64,000 nt of DNA from Nanobdellota archaeon (GTDB taxonomy: Archaea > Nanobdellota > Nanobdellia > Pacearchaeales > GW2011-AR1): assembly GCA_049324275.1 (NCBI GenBank), contig JBMOLG010000001.1, positions 47,606 to 111,605 on the forward strand, given 5' to 3'. Positions 47,747 to 58,352 of this stretch are shown here, piece by piece; the stretch's first letter is position 1, and every line of letters starts with the position of its first letter. Made by a program: the position numbers and the translations under genes. Below the pieces are notes generated by a model. It had not been told where the DNA came from, searched no databases, and worked only from the letters and a program-made list of their open reading frames with translations.

Positions 47747-48085
47747 TTACATTATTACTTTATAGGAATCCCTTTCCTTATAGAAAATTTGAGCTTGGGC
47801 TCTTTCCCCATTATTATAAAGTCCTGAATCTTCTAACTTACTCACAACAGAAGATAATTCTTTTGCAGTTTTTCTATTATCCAAATTAGGATCTGTAGAT
47901 ATTAATACATAGTTTGCTTTAGGAGAATGCTTAATTTTCTTTGGCAATTCCAATTTTTTAAAATCATCACTCGCATAAAGTTCTAAGCTCCTCTTTTCAG
48001 GAGTATTTAATTCTCTTGCAACGTCTTCTGGCTTGGCACTGCAACTGAAAAATGCAAATGCCTGTCCAACTGGTTTATTTTTCAT
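47747..48085 (-). CDS. Hypothetical protein, paralog of 47265-47633
   Basis: Same shared motifs; TATA at 48108-48115. Confidence 0.6.
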   Translation of the reverse strand: MKNKPVGQAFAFFSCSAKPEDVARELNTPEKRSLELYASDDFKKLELPKKIKHSPKANYVLISTDPNLDNRKTAKELSSVVSKLEDSGLYNNGERAQAQIFYKERDSYKVIM

Positions 48086-48124
48086 GCAAAAATTCAGAAA
48101 AACTCTCTTTATAAACTTTTTTAT

Positions 48125-48150
48125 TTTTTGTTACTTTAAAGTTAAATCAA
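48125..48150. promoter_or_regulatory. Palindromic operator-like motif
   Basis: TTTTTGTTACT-TTAA-AGTTAAATCAA; centre 21 nt from TATA. Confidence 0.45.
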
Positions 48151-48162
48151 ATATTTAAAGTT

Positions 48163-49863
48163 TTAGCTTTTCAACTTCTTAAAAATAAAATTAAAATAAT
48201 CTGTTTTAAAAGAATTTGCCATTTTCTCGACAATTAACTCGGGAGTTGAATGCGCCAACCTTCCGATTACAGGGTTATGATCTACAATCAATTCAAAATT
48301 ATCATCAAGCCCTTTGGCTTCTATGCCGTCAATCCTTGCCCCTTTTGGAAGTGACTTTTGAATTTCAAATCCCAAGTGTGTTGCTATAACTAAAAAGCAA
48401 TCTTTAGAAATGAAATACTCTGCTGTAGCAGAAATGATATTGCCTGCAACGCCTGGCTCTGTTACTGATTCAATTTCATCTGCTAAAATCAAAGTTTTTC
48501 CTTCAGGATTAATTTGCGACATTTGAGTCAAGAGGGTTTCAAAGGCGCCCTTGCTCATTGAGCCCTTGTTTTTTGCAAAATAATAGACCTGATTAAAAAT
48601 AGGAAGATTCAAATTTCCTGAAACAGGAAGGCCTATTTGAGACAATGTAACTAATTGAATAATATGTTCCAACAGAGTTGTTTTTCCTCCTGAATTTGCT
48701 CCAGTTAAAATAGAGCACTTATGCTCATTATTCAGATTAAAACAAACTGGTTGGGCGTTTTCCAAAAAAATATTTTTTGAATTTGTAAACTTAAGTTCTT
48801 CAGCATGTTTAGGATAATTTTCAAAGCTTGAGATAAAGTTAGAGATTCCGGATATAAAATCAAATATTAAAAGTTCGGCTGAAATTTTTTTTAATTTTTC
48901 AGGAGCGGATTTGAGGCTTTTAGAATTCTGCTTTAAGATTGCGGATTTATCTGTGAATTCCGACGTATTTTGGCGTTTTATAAAATTGTCAAGCTCTCGT
49001 TCATCAACCTCAAGAGGAATTGAGATGCTGAACAAATGAGATGGAATTTTTGTTTTGGAAATCTCAGAATTGATGATTTCTTTTAATTCACAGGGAATTC
49101 CTTTTTTTAAAATTGAAAGCAAGGATTCACCAGAAACAGTCATTGTTTTTATTTGTGAAAAGATTTTTTCGTTGATATTTTCCAGCTCTTCAAAGATTTT
49201 TTCTTTGCTTAAGATTTCTGTTTTAGACCTGACAAGATTCAGGATTGACAAAAGTTCTTTGATTGTTTCCTGCTCAAAATTGTTATTCATTAAGACTTCA
49301 AAATTCTCCTGCCAAGATGAAAGCAAGATAAGATAACGCTCTAAATAAGCATCTTCTAGGTTATTTACAAAAATTGCTTGCGGGAGGCTTTCTAAGAAAT
49401 TTGAAAATTGATCGCAATCAACAACATAAACTAAATCGTATCGCTCAAGATAGGCAATATCATTTTCAGTTGCAATGAACTTGACTGTGCATCCAAATTC
49501 CTGCAGTTTTGAAAGATTCTTTTCATTTTCCGTAACAATAACTGCATCATAATTTGGCTTCCATGAAGATTTCGGCACAGAAATTTTTTTTAAGAATTCA
49601 TTGTCAATATTTTTAGCGATAGACTTAAAAAAATCCTGGCGGTTTTTTATCTCTTCAAAATCTGGCGTGAAAGGGAAGCAGGTTAACAAATTAGAAGTGT
49701 CTGCAAAGTAGAAGTTAGAGTTGATTGCACTGATTACTTTGTTATAAACAGATTTTGCATCCTTTGTTTTGAATATTGTTTCTTTTGCATTCACGCTGGT
49801 TTTTGTTTTATTGAACGGGGAGAGATTATTTTTTTCTATATAATCAAGCATCTTTTTTTCCAT
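48163..49863 (-). CDS. MutS-like ATPase (archaeal MutS2/MutS5-like, domain V)
   Basis: LTGANSGGKTT, GAFETLL, LADEIESVTEPG, IATHL, STPEL. Confidence 0.85.
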   Translation of the reverse strand: MEKKMLDYIEKNNLSPFNKTKTSVNAKETIFKTKDAKSVYNKVISAINSNFYFADTSNLLTCFPFTPDFEEIKNRQDFFKSIAKNIDNEFLKKISVPKSSWKPNYDAVIVTENEKNLSKLQEFGCTVKFIATENDIAYLERYDLVYVVDCDQFSNFLESLPQAIFVNNLEDAYLERYLILLSSWQENFEVLMNNNFEQETIKELLSILNLVRSKTEILSKEKIFEELENINEKIFSQIKTMTVSGESLLSILKKGIPCELKEIINSEISKTKIPSHLFSISIPLEVDERELDNFIKRQNTSEFTDKSAILKQNSKSLKSAPEKLKKISAELLIFDFISGISNFISSFENYPKHAEELKFTNSKNIFLENAQPVCFNLNNEHKCSILTGANSGGKTTLLEHIIQLVTLSQIGLPVSGNLNLPIFNQVYYFAKNKGSMSKGAFETLLTQMSQINPEGKTLILADEIESVTEPGVAGNIISATAEYFISKDCFLVIATHLGFEIQKSLPKGARIDGIEAKGLDDNFELIVDHNPVIGRLAHSTPELIVEKMANSFKTDYFNFIFKKLKS

Positions 49864-49960
49864 TCGTTAAAAAAACCCGCAGGGTTTTTAAGTTTCGCTG
49901 TGATGTTTTGGATAATTTTAAAAACTCATTTTTTATTAATGAATTAGCAAGAATTCTAAG

Positions 49961-50614
49961 ATGAAAAATTTACTGCAAAACTTTCTGCCATGGGTAGAAG
50001 AGAAAAATGAGAACTTTCAGGTAAAAATAATAGATGGAACGACAAGAGAAGAAAGAAATTTTGAAGAGACTAATATTGAAACAAGAAATTATGGGATGTA
50101 CCCAAAGACAGGGGATTGGATACAAATTGCGAGATATGCAGTCAGGGGGCCTGAAAGCATTTACATTCCTGCAAGGGTTGTCATAACAAAAGAAAATCCA
50201 ATAGTTTATATTGATTTAATGGATTGGAAAATGCCGATAGTCCATAACGCAGACTCATATTCAAATTTCATAAGCCCTGCTAGTTGTGAAAAAGGATACA
50301 TGGCACTGAAAGAAGAGGAGGAGCGATTAAGAGGAAAAGGAGTTGGTTATGAAATTATTTTAAGGGATGCTTTTGAAAAAACAATTGCAATTAAGAGAAT
50401 GCCTTTTTTGAAAAATTATTGGGAATTGACACTAACAAATTATCAGGCAGGCAAGCCTCCTTTTCCTGAGCTATTTAATTCAGATGATTTATTTGATGAG
50501 ATTAATGGATTATCAAAAGAAGAGTTAATAGTTGAGGCAGTTTTACATCCGATTGTTGGTTTGCCAAAGGTTTTGGTGTTAGATGTTGAGGAAAAGGATA
50601 TTTTTAGGTTCTAA
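49961..50614 (+). CDS. Hypothetical protein
   Basis: 217-aa ORF. Confidence 0.6.
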   Translation: MKNLLQNFLPWVEEKNENFQVKIIDGTTREERNFEETNIETRNYGMYPKTGDWIQIARYAVRGPESIYIPARVVITKENPIVYIDLMDWKMPIVHNADSYSNFISPASCEKGYMALKEEEERLRGKGVGYEIILRDAFEKTIAIKRMPFLKNYWELTLTNYQAGKPPFPELFNSDDLFDEINGLSKEELIVEAVLHPIVGLPKVLVLDVEEKDIFRF

Positions 50615-50693
50615 TGATTTTTATTGTTTGGGTTTTTGGGGGAAGAGTTTAGATAAAAAGTAACTTTTATAATGTAGATTTTTATTTACTTTT

Positions 50694-52241
50694 ATGCCAA
50701 CATTAAACTGGATTGGAAAAGAAGCAGTCATAAATCATGATAAAGAGGTTCCATTCAAACTTCTCAAAAAGGTTAAAGCATATTCTGTGGGAAATAATTC
50801 TCAAAATTTAATTATCAAAGGAGATAATTTAGAAGGGCTTAAAGCACTAATGCCTTATTATATTGGAAAAGTAAAATGTGTCTATATAGATCCGCCATAT
50901 AACACAGGAAATGAAAATTGGGTTTACAATGATAAAGTAAATTCTCCTAAAATAAAAAAATGGCTCGGAAAAGTTGTCGGAGGAGAAGCTCAAGATTTAT
51001 GCAGACATGACAAATGGCTTTGCATGATGTATCCTCGACTTAAGCTTTTGAGAGATTTGTTGAGTGATGATGGCGTGATCTTTGTTAGTATTGATGATAA
51101 TGAGAATCATAATCTCAGATTTTTATTAAATGAAATTTTTGGCGAAGTGAATTATATTCAAGAGATAGTCTGGCATAGTAAGTACACAGTATCAAATGAT
51201 GCAAAATTCTTTTCAAGACAACATGAATATGTTTTATGTTATGCTAAAGATATTCAAAAAGTATCCGCTGTTTTCTCTGTTCCAAGAACTGATGAGGCAA
51301 ATAATAGATATTCAAATCCAGATAATGATCCACGAGGCCCATGGAAAGCCACCCCACTGCATGCAAAAAGTGGAAAAGAAGAAAATAATTTTGAATATGT
51401 TTTTAAAAATGGAATAAAATAGAAACCTCCTAAGGGACGCTATCATCGCTTTAATAAAGAAAGTTTAGAAAGATTAGATAAAGAAAATCGATTATGGTTT
51501 GGAAAAGATAAAAAAGCAATGCCTTCCGTAAAAACTTTTCTATCAGAAGTTTCCGAAAAAATGAAATCTGGAAGCATCCTCCCATTTAATTTAGTAGGAC
51601 ATACTCATAAAGCAAATGAGCAACTTGCAAATTTAATGGACAAAGGAACATTTGATAATCCAAAATCAGTAGATTTAATTAAAATTTTAAGTTCAATGGT
51701 AACTTCCACTTCCGACATAATTCTCGACTCATTCGCAGGTTCGGGAACAACGGGACATGCGGTTTTAGACTTGAACAAAGAAGATGGGGGAAACAGAAAA
51801 TTTATTTTGATTGAGATGGAAGATGATATTGCTAAAAATATTACAACTGAACGAATCAAAAGGGCAATAGAAAAATATGATTACAAAGACGGATTTGAAT
51901 ATTGTGAATTAGACAAGCCTCTATTCGATGAGAACGGGCAGATAGAGGAAACTTGCGAGTTTAATCAGTTTGCAACTTATATTTATTTTACCGAAACCCA
52001 AACAAATATAGACAAGAACAAAATAGACAAAAACTTCATCGGAGAATTTGGAGAAACAGAATATTATCTTATCTATAAAGAAAAAATGAAAAATGTTTTA
52101 GATAAGAAGTTTTTATCTAAGTTAAAAAAGACAAAAAATAAAAAAGTCATTTATGCTGACTTTTGTATGATTGATGAAGATACATTAAAAATTTCTAACA
52201 TTCAATTTAAACAGATTCCTTATGAGGTGAAGGTTTATTGA
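50694..52241 (+). pseudogene. mod: Type III R-M methyltransferase Mod interrupted by an in-frame TAG at 51420-51422
   Basis: IYIDPPYN-type motif (VYIDPPYN) and LDSFAGSGTT lie in the same frame; only one stop between them (NGIK*KPPKGRY). Confidence 0.88.
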
Positions 52242-52715
52242 ATGATAAAAAATAATTACATAAAACTTTTTGAAAAATTATCTGAACAAGAACCAAATTC
52301 AATAATCCTTATTGAAAAATTTGAGGATTTAGGCTTCTTTTTAACAGATTTTGAATCAATGCATGAAGAGAAATTTATATTTTTGCAAAAGATTAGAGAA
52401 AAAAATAAAGGGGGTAATTGGATAGAAAAATTTTATATTAAATTAGCCCCAAGAGGGTTCTCTTCTTTAGAAGAATTTAATAAAAATGAACAGCAAGAGA
52501 AATTTAATCATAAGACTCTTAAGGCAACAATAATAATTACAATTGCAACAGCTTTAAATGTTTTAGTAACTCTTTTTATATTTCTATTGAATTTGGAAAA
52601 ATCAAATTGGGCAAAACCTGCATCCCTTATACTAATTGGAATTTTTATTAGTTTTCTAACAGGAATATTAATTAAAGAAATTTGGTATTTTATATTTTTC
52701 AAAGAAAATGATTAA
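52242..52715 (+). CDS. Two-TM membrane protein between mod and res
   Basis: Soluble N-terminal domain and two C-terminal hydrophobic helices. Confidence 0.7.
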   Translation: MIKNNYIKLFEKLSEQEPNSIILIEKFEDLGFFLTDFESMHEEKFIFLQKIREKNKGGNWIEKFYIKLAPRGFSSLEEFNKNEQQEKFNHKTLKATIIITIATALNVLVTLFIFLLNLEKSNWAKPASLILIGIFISFLTGILIKEIWYFIFFKEND

Positions 52716-52768
52716 CACAAATAAAATAAAAGAAATAGTTAAATTTACAAAGAACTCAATTAAATAAA

Positions 52769-55039
52769 ATGGTAGAACTAAAAAAATATCAGCGAAAATC
52801 AATAGACATATTAAAAGATTATCTTAAGGAATTGGAGAAAAATGGAAGCAAGAGGGCGTTTATGTATATTACTGAAACGCCGTATAAATCTGAATTTTTT
52901 AATGAGGTTCCTTTTGTTTGCATAAAAATACCTACAGGAGGGGGAAAAACCTTTGTTGGTTGTCATTCTGTTGTTGAGATTATGTCTTCTATCTTAAAAC
53001 ATAAAATGGATAGAGGTATTGTTATGTGGTTTGTCCCATCAGAAGCAATAAAATCACAAACCCTAAAAAAATTCAAAGACCGAAACGATTGGCACAGAAA
53101 AGTTTTAGACGAAGCATTTGACAACAATATAAGAATTTTCTCAAACGAAGAAGCATTAAGAATAAGAAAAGAAGATGTTGAAGATAATATCTGTATAATA
53201 ATTTCAAGTTTAGAAGCATTTAGAAAAGAAAAAGCAATTCAAAATAAATACAAAGTTTATCAAGAAAATGGAGCACTATTAAGCCATTTTGAAAATTTAG
53301 AAGAAAAAGATTTTTTAGAAAAGGACGAACATAATACAATAATAAATTCTCTTGCAAATGTCATAAAATTATCAAATCCTTTAATTGTAATAGACGAAGG
53401 GCATAAAACAAAAACAAAACTTTCTATTGAATTTATGAGAGACTTGAACCCAAGTTTTATTATTGAGTACACAGCAACGCCAAGACCAGAAAGCAATATT
53501 TTAGTTGAGATTCACTCTTCTGAACTAAAAGGAGAACAAATGGTTAAGCTCCCGATTGTTCTTGAAAGTACAGCTCAATGGCAAAATTCAATTTTAAGAG
53601 GAGTTTTGAAAAGAGAAGAGCTAGAAAAAGAATCAAAAAAGAACAAATCTGAATATATAAGACCAATAGCACTTTTACAAGCAGAACAAGAAAAAGAATC
53701 AGATAATAAAATTACTGTCCAAAAGATCAAAGATTTTTTGATAAAAGAGAGAAAAATTCCAGAAGAAGAAATTGCAATTAAAACTTCAAGCATTAATGAA
53801 TTAGAAGGAATTAATCTTTTTAGCCAACAATGTAAAATAAGATATATTATAACTGTTAATGCTCTTGCAGAGGGGTGGGATTGTTCTTTTGCTTATGTTT
53901 TAATTTCTGTCGCAAATATTGGCTCAAAAATAGCAGTTGAACAGATTATTGGAAGAATTGTAAGAATGACTAATGCTCGAAGAAAAGAAAACGAAGCATT
54001 AAACAGGAGTTATATTTTTGCATCAGCAAAGAATTTTCAGGAAGCAAGCGAACAGATAATTTTGGGATTAGAGAGCAACGGATTTAGCAAGCTAGATTTA
54101 ATCAATGCAACAAACGAAGATCAAACACATGAATTAGATGTTGAAAAAGCTGTAAAAGAAAATTTATTTGTTCCCATGCTCGCTTTTGAAGATGAAAAAT
54201 TATCTTTTGAAGATTTAATCGGAGAAGAGTTTGAACTTGCAAAACAAAATGCAGAATTTGATTTTACTATTAATTATGATAATGATGGAAGAGCATTAAT
54301 TGATATTCAAGGCCAAGACAAATGGGTAAAAAGTGCTCAACAAATCTTAAAGATAACTTACAAAGATAAAAATTTTTCAAAAGAGGAACTTATCCAATGG
54401 TTAGACAAAAAACTAAGATTTACTATTTTAGAAAAATCAGACAAAATTAAATTTATACAAAAAGTTATAGAATATCAATTAAAGAAAAAATCTCTTTCTG
54501 AACTTTCAGTAAACAGATATGTTTTAGTTACAAAATTAAGTGAGATAATAAATCATATATTGGAAGATTATGCTAAAAAGAGATTTGATGAATTCATTAA
54601 AAATAAAAAAATAAGTGTGAAAGATTTTGAAAAATTCCCGGAAAAAATAACACTTTTCCAAGAGATATTTCGGGGATTTAATAAAAATTATTATTCAAAA
54701 ATAGACAGGTTGAATAAAGAAGAATTAAAATTTGTTGAAAGATTAGATTTAGAAACATTACCAAATATTAAATTTTGGATAAGAAATAGAGAAAAGAAAG
54801 ATCCTTTTTTCATACAAGGCTGGAAAAAAAATAAATTTTATCCAGATTTTATTGCTGTAACTAAGAATAATAATATTATTGTTTTAGAGTGGAAAGGAGA
54901 AGATAGAAAAAGCAATGAAGATACACAATATAAGGAAGAAATAGGAAAAATATGGGAATCAATAGATAAAAATTTGCATTTTTTCTTAGTCCATAATGGA
55001 AATATTGAAGAAATATTATCTAAACTAAAAAATTTATAA
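52769..55039 (+). CDS. res: Type III restriction subunit Res (SF2 helicase + PD-(D/E)XK nuclease)
   Basis: PTGGGKT, IDEGH, YTATP, LAEGWDC, QIIGRIVR, YPDFI...LEWKG. Confidence 0.9.
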   Translation: MVELKKYQRKSIDILKDYLKELEKNGSKRAFMYITETPYKSEFFNEVPFVCIKIPTGGGKTFVGCHSVVEIMSSILKHKMDRGIVMWFVPSEAIKSQTLKKFKDRNDWHRKVLDEAFDNNIRIFSNEEALRIRKEDVEDNICIIISSLEAFRKEKAIQNKYKVYQENGALLSHFENLEEKDFLEKDEHNTIINSLANVIKLSNPLIVIDEGHKTKTKLSIEFMRDLNPSFIIEYTATPRPESNILVEIHSSELKGEQMVKLPIVLESTAQWQNSILRGVLKREELEKESKKNKSEYIRPIALLQAEQEKESDNKITVQKIKDFLIKERKIPEEEIAIKTSSINELEGINLFSQQCKIRYIITVNALAEGWDCSFAYVLISVANIGSKIAVEQIIGRIVRMTNARRKENEALNRSYIFASAKNFQEASEQIILGLESNGFSKLDLINATNEDQTHELDVEKAVKENLFVPMLAFEDEKLSFEDLIGEEFELAKQNAEFDFTINYDNDGRALIDIQGQDKWVKSAQQILKITYKDKNFSKEELIQWLDKKLRFTILEKSDKIKFIQKVIEYQLKKKSLSELSVNRYVLVTKLSEIINHILEDYAKKRFDEFIKNKKISVKDFEKFPEKITLFQEIFRGFNKNYYSKIDRLNKEELKFVERLDLETLPNIKFWIRNREKKDPFFIQGWKKNKFYPDFIAVTKNNNIIVLEWKGEDRKSNEDTQYKEEIGKIWESIDKNLHFFLVHNGNIEEILSKLKNL

Positions 55040-55124
55040 ATTAGTCTACCGAACTATCCTTCTTACATCCAGTTAACCTGAAAAACCCAACAAAACTTTT
55101 AAACATCATACGCAAATCAAATAG

Positions 55125-56912
55125 ATGGCAGAGATAATTATCAATGAATCATTTTCAGACGATGATTTTCTTTTTGACAGGGTTGAAAATGGGGAGTTTG
55201 AATCACCTGAAATCCTCAAGCTGAAAGTTGATGCAGAGGAGATTGTGAAGGACAAAAAAATCAACGAGCTTATTTCTTATGACATAATAAAGAAAAATCT
55301 AGAGTATAAGCTTCCCTACCAGACTAATGGGGCTTTAAGAATTTTGAGGGACTTTAATGGCTCTGCTCTTCTTGCTGATGAGGTCGGGCTCGGCAAAACA
55401 ATAACAGCAGGGTTGGTATTGAAAGAGAGTATTGTGAGGGGATTTGTAACTAAGGCTTTGATTTTAACTCCTCCGTCGCTTGTGGACCAATGGGTTTCTG
55501 AATTAAAAGAAAAGTTTGAGCTTGATTTTAAGATTATTGAGAATCCATCAGACTGGAAAAAAGCCAATTTTGCCATAGCTTCGATAGATAGAGTAAAGGC
55601 TTATGATAAAGAATTAAGAAGATTCCGCCATGAAGAGGCCCATAATATTTCATGGGATATCTTGATTGTCGATGAGGCTCATAAGTTGAAAGAGAAAAAC
55701 ACAATTCGGTGGAAGTTTATTGACAGCATTCCAAAAAAGAGATTTTTAATTTTAACAGCAACGCCATTCCAAAATGACCTGATTGAATTATACAATCTGC
55801 TTCATTTGCTGAAAAAAGGGCATCTCGGGACAATAAAAGAGTTCAGAAAAAAATTTTTGCATAAGGGAAACAAAAGATATCCGTTAAATCCAAAGGAATT
55901 GAAAGCAAAGCTCGATGAAGTGATGATAAGAAGAAGGAGATATGAAACAGGAATTAATTATAAAAAAAGAATACCAAGAATTGAAGTTGTCGAATTAACT
56001 GATGAAGAAAAAGTCATCTATGACAATACATGCGAGCTTCTGAAGTCAAATTATTTTTCAGCAGGCGGAAGCGAGATTAACGGGCATTTGATAATTTATG
56101 CTATTTTACCGAAGATAACAAGCTCATCAAAGTCAGCAATGGAATCGCTGAACAAGATTGCTTCTGATGAGAAGTACCATAAGGCAACAAGAGAACTGGC
56201 AGAAGGCATTTTAGAAGATTATAAAAAGCTGAAAAGAGATTCTAAGATTGAAAAATTAGTTGAAATTGTTGAAAGGATCTTAAAAGAGGATGCTGAATCA
56301 AAAATATTAATTTATACAAAACATCCTACCACTCTTGAGTATATAGCAGAAAAATTAAAGCCATACAATATTAAGGTTGTAGAATTTACAGGGGGGCTTA
56401 ACAGAGAGGAGAAAACTGAAAAGATAAAAGAGTTCAAAGAGAATGCACAAATAATGATTAGCACTGAGACGGGTTCAGAGGGGCTTAATTTTCAGTTTTG
56501 CAACAATCTCATAAATTATGACCTGCCATGGAATCCCATGTCTGTTGAGCAGAGGATAGGAAGGCTTGATAGAATCGGGCAAAAGAAAGACATGAACATA
56601 TTCAGCCTCGCAACAAAAGGCACAATGGAAGAGCATGTGGTAGACCTGATAATAAACAAGATGTGTTGTGTAGGCTTAGTAATTGGAGAGCTTCCAATTA
56701 TCTTGTTTAACCTCGGGCTTGACAGCGAAGGAGTTACAGGAAGGAGCAGAATAGAAGAGCATTTGATGAATTCGTTTATAGATTCAAAGAACAATTTAGA
56801 CAAATTTGCAATGGAAATTGAAAAAATAGGGAAGCTTATACAAAGAGGAATAGACGATTATAAAGAAATAAATGAACAAAACTCACAATTACTAGATGAA
56901 AAGCGAAATTGA
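55125..56912 (+). CDS. SNF2-family helicase/ATPase (YqhH-like)
   Basis: LADEVGLGKT, IVDEAH, LTATPFQN, GSEGLNFQ, YDLPWNP, EQRIGRLDRIGQ. Confidence 0.92.
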   Translation: MAEIIINESFSDDDFLFDRVENGEFESPEILKLKVDAEEIVKDKKINELISYDIIKKNLEYKLPYQTNGALRILRDFNGSALLADEVGLGKTITAGLVLKESIVRGFVTKALILTPPSLVDQWVSELKEKFELDFKIIENPSDWKKANFAIASIDRVKAYDKELRRFRHEEAHNISWDILIVDEAHKLKEKNTIRWKFIDSIPKKRFLILTATPFQNDLIELYNLLHLLKKGHLGTIKEFRKKFLHKGNKRYPLNPKELKAKLDEVMIRRRRYETGINYKKRIPRIEVVELTDEEKVIYDNTCELLKSNYFSAGGSEINGHLIIYAILPKITSSSKSAMESLNKIASDEKYHKATRELAEGILEDYKKLKRDSKIEKLVEIVERILKEDAESKILIYTKHPTTLEYIAEKLKPYNIKVVEFTGGLNREEKTEKIKEFKENAQIMISTETGSEGLNFQFCNNLINYDLPWNPMSVEQRIGRLDRIGQKKDMNIFSLATKGTMEEHVVDLIINKMCCVGLVIGELPIILFNLGLDSEGVTGRSRIEEHLMNSFIDSKNNLDKFAMEIEKIGKLIQRGIDDYKEINEQNSQLLDEKRN

Positions 56913-58290
56913 ACAAATACAGGAATTTACAATTAATTTCTTCAAAAATCTGAAATGCAAAATTTCAGACGGAGAAATCATAATTATAGAAAATGTTCCA
57001 AAAGATTTTGAAGAATTCTTCAAAAAAAAATCACCTTATCAACTTGCCTTTTCAGAAGAAAGCAAAACTGAAGAATCAATTTTAGTTGCAAAAGGAAGCA
57101 GTTTATTGAATGCAATCCGGTCATTTTTAGAAAAAAGCGGAAGCACTACATTATTGAAAATAGATTTTGATGTTGACTATAAAGATTTTGTGAAAAAATA
57201 TTGTTTTAAAAATGCAGAGATTTCAAATGTTCAGGTGAAGAAAAAAAATAATTTCTTTTCAAGGTTTACTTTTTTGACTACATTCCAATATCTTAATGAT
57301 AAAGAACAAATCTTAAATGAACTTTATGTGCACAATGGAGAAATTGTAGAGGGAGATTTGCATGGGTATGAGGTGGTTGAGGGAAGAAAAGAAGATGTTT
57401 CTGTTGAAAAAATTGAAGAAGATTGCAATATTGCGAAGCAAAATCTTAAGCTGAGAATTGAAAAGAAAACAGAAGAGGTAAAGAATTTTTTGAATCAAAG
57501 ACTGGAAAAAGAAATTTCCAGAATTCAAGGGCATTATATTAATCATTCAGAAGAATTAAAGGCAGGATTAATTGAAGAGCTCAATAAACTGAAGCAAGCC
57601 GGGGAAAAAATTTCAAATGAAGATGAAAAATACAAGCTTAATAATAAGATAAATGAAGTGCTGAAAAAAATTGATTCATTGGAGCGAGGAGAAACATTTG
57701 AAAAAATTGAAAAAGAAAAAAGTTCGGCAATCAACGGAGAAACACAAAAGCACAGCCTCAATATCCATAATAAACTTATTAACACAACAATAATATATTA
57801 TCCGGTGTATCATTTTGAAATTCTTTTGAAAAATAAGTTTGCAAACAGAGTTGTTACAATAATTCATAATCCATTGACCCAAGAAACAAATTCATTGTTT
57901 TGCGAGTCATGCAAATTACAAACTGATGATTTATATTTATGCTCCTCAGGCCATATATCGTGCATCAAATGCATGAATCGATGCATGAGCTGCAGTGGCG
58001 AGTTTTGCGAGCCATGCCTTAAAAAAAGGTGTGAATATTGCGGGGCTAAATTATGCAATAATTGCGGGGAAAGATGCTTTAGCTGCGGAAAAACTTTTTG
58101 CCAGAATCACATGAAAAATGATTCAATTACAGGAAGAAGAAGTTGCATTAACTGCCTTAAGCAATGCCCTAAGTGCTTTGAATATTCCGCTCCAAGAAAT
58201 TTCAAGAAAGATAAGAATGGCATGCAGATATGTCCAAGATGCTTTTCAAAAGAGTTTGGAAGAAATGTTGCAAGAAGAATTTTCGAATAA
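56896..58290 (+). CDS. Coiled-coil protein with C-terminal multi-zinc-finger region (YqhG-like SNF2 partner)
   Basis: Overlaps the SNF2 stop; central coiled coil; about ten CxxC/CxxH pairs at the C-terminus. Confidence 0.75.
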   Translation: MKSEIEQIQEFTINFFKNLKCKISDGEIIIIENVPKDFEEFFKKKSPYQLAFSEESKTEESILVAKGSSLLNAIRSFLEKSGSTTLLKIDFDVDYKDFVKKYCFKNAEISNVQVKKKNNFFSRFTFLTTFQYLNDKEQILNELYVHNGEIVEGDLHGYEVVEGRKEDVSVEKIEEDCNIAKQNLKLRIEKKTEEVKNFLNQRLEKEISRIQGHYINHSEELKAGLIEELNKLKQAGEKISNEDEKYKLNNKINEVLKKIDSLERGETFEKIEKEKSSAINGETQKHSLNIHNKLINTTIIYYPVYHFEILLKNKFANRVVTIIHNPLTQETNSLFCESCKLQTDDLYLCSSGHISCIKCMNRCMSCSGEFCEPCLKKRCEYCGAKLCNNCGERCFSCGKTFCQNHMKNDSITGRRSCINCLKQCPKCFEYSAPRNFKKDKNGMQICPRCFSKEFGRNVARRIFE

Positions 58291-58316
58291 TTAGTACTAC
58301 TTTAAAAAAATAACAA
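58291..58316. promoter_or_regulatory. Palindromic operator-like motif
   Basis: TTAGTACTACT-TTAA-AAAAATAACAA; centre 19 nt upstream of TATA at 58324. Confidence 0.4.
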
Positions 58317-58352
58317 AATAAAGTTTAAAAACTCATTGGACAATTTTTATTT

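Noticed and set aside
51420..51422. Amber (TAG) recoding, suggested by TAGs at likely Trp positions in mod and in the 2722-3099 pseudogene
   Set aside because: TAG ends full-length conserved genes here (rnj, pfkB, hydG), TGG is used normally, and the other gene also has frameshifts; G-to-A nonsense mutation is simpler.
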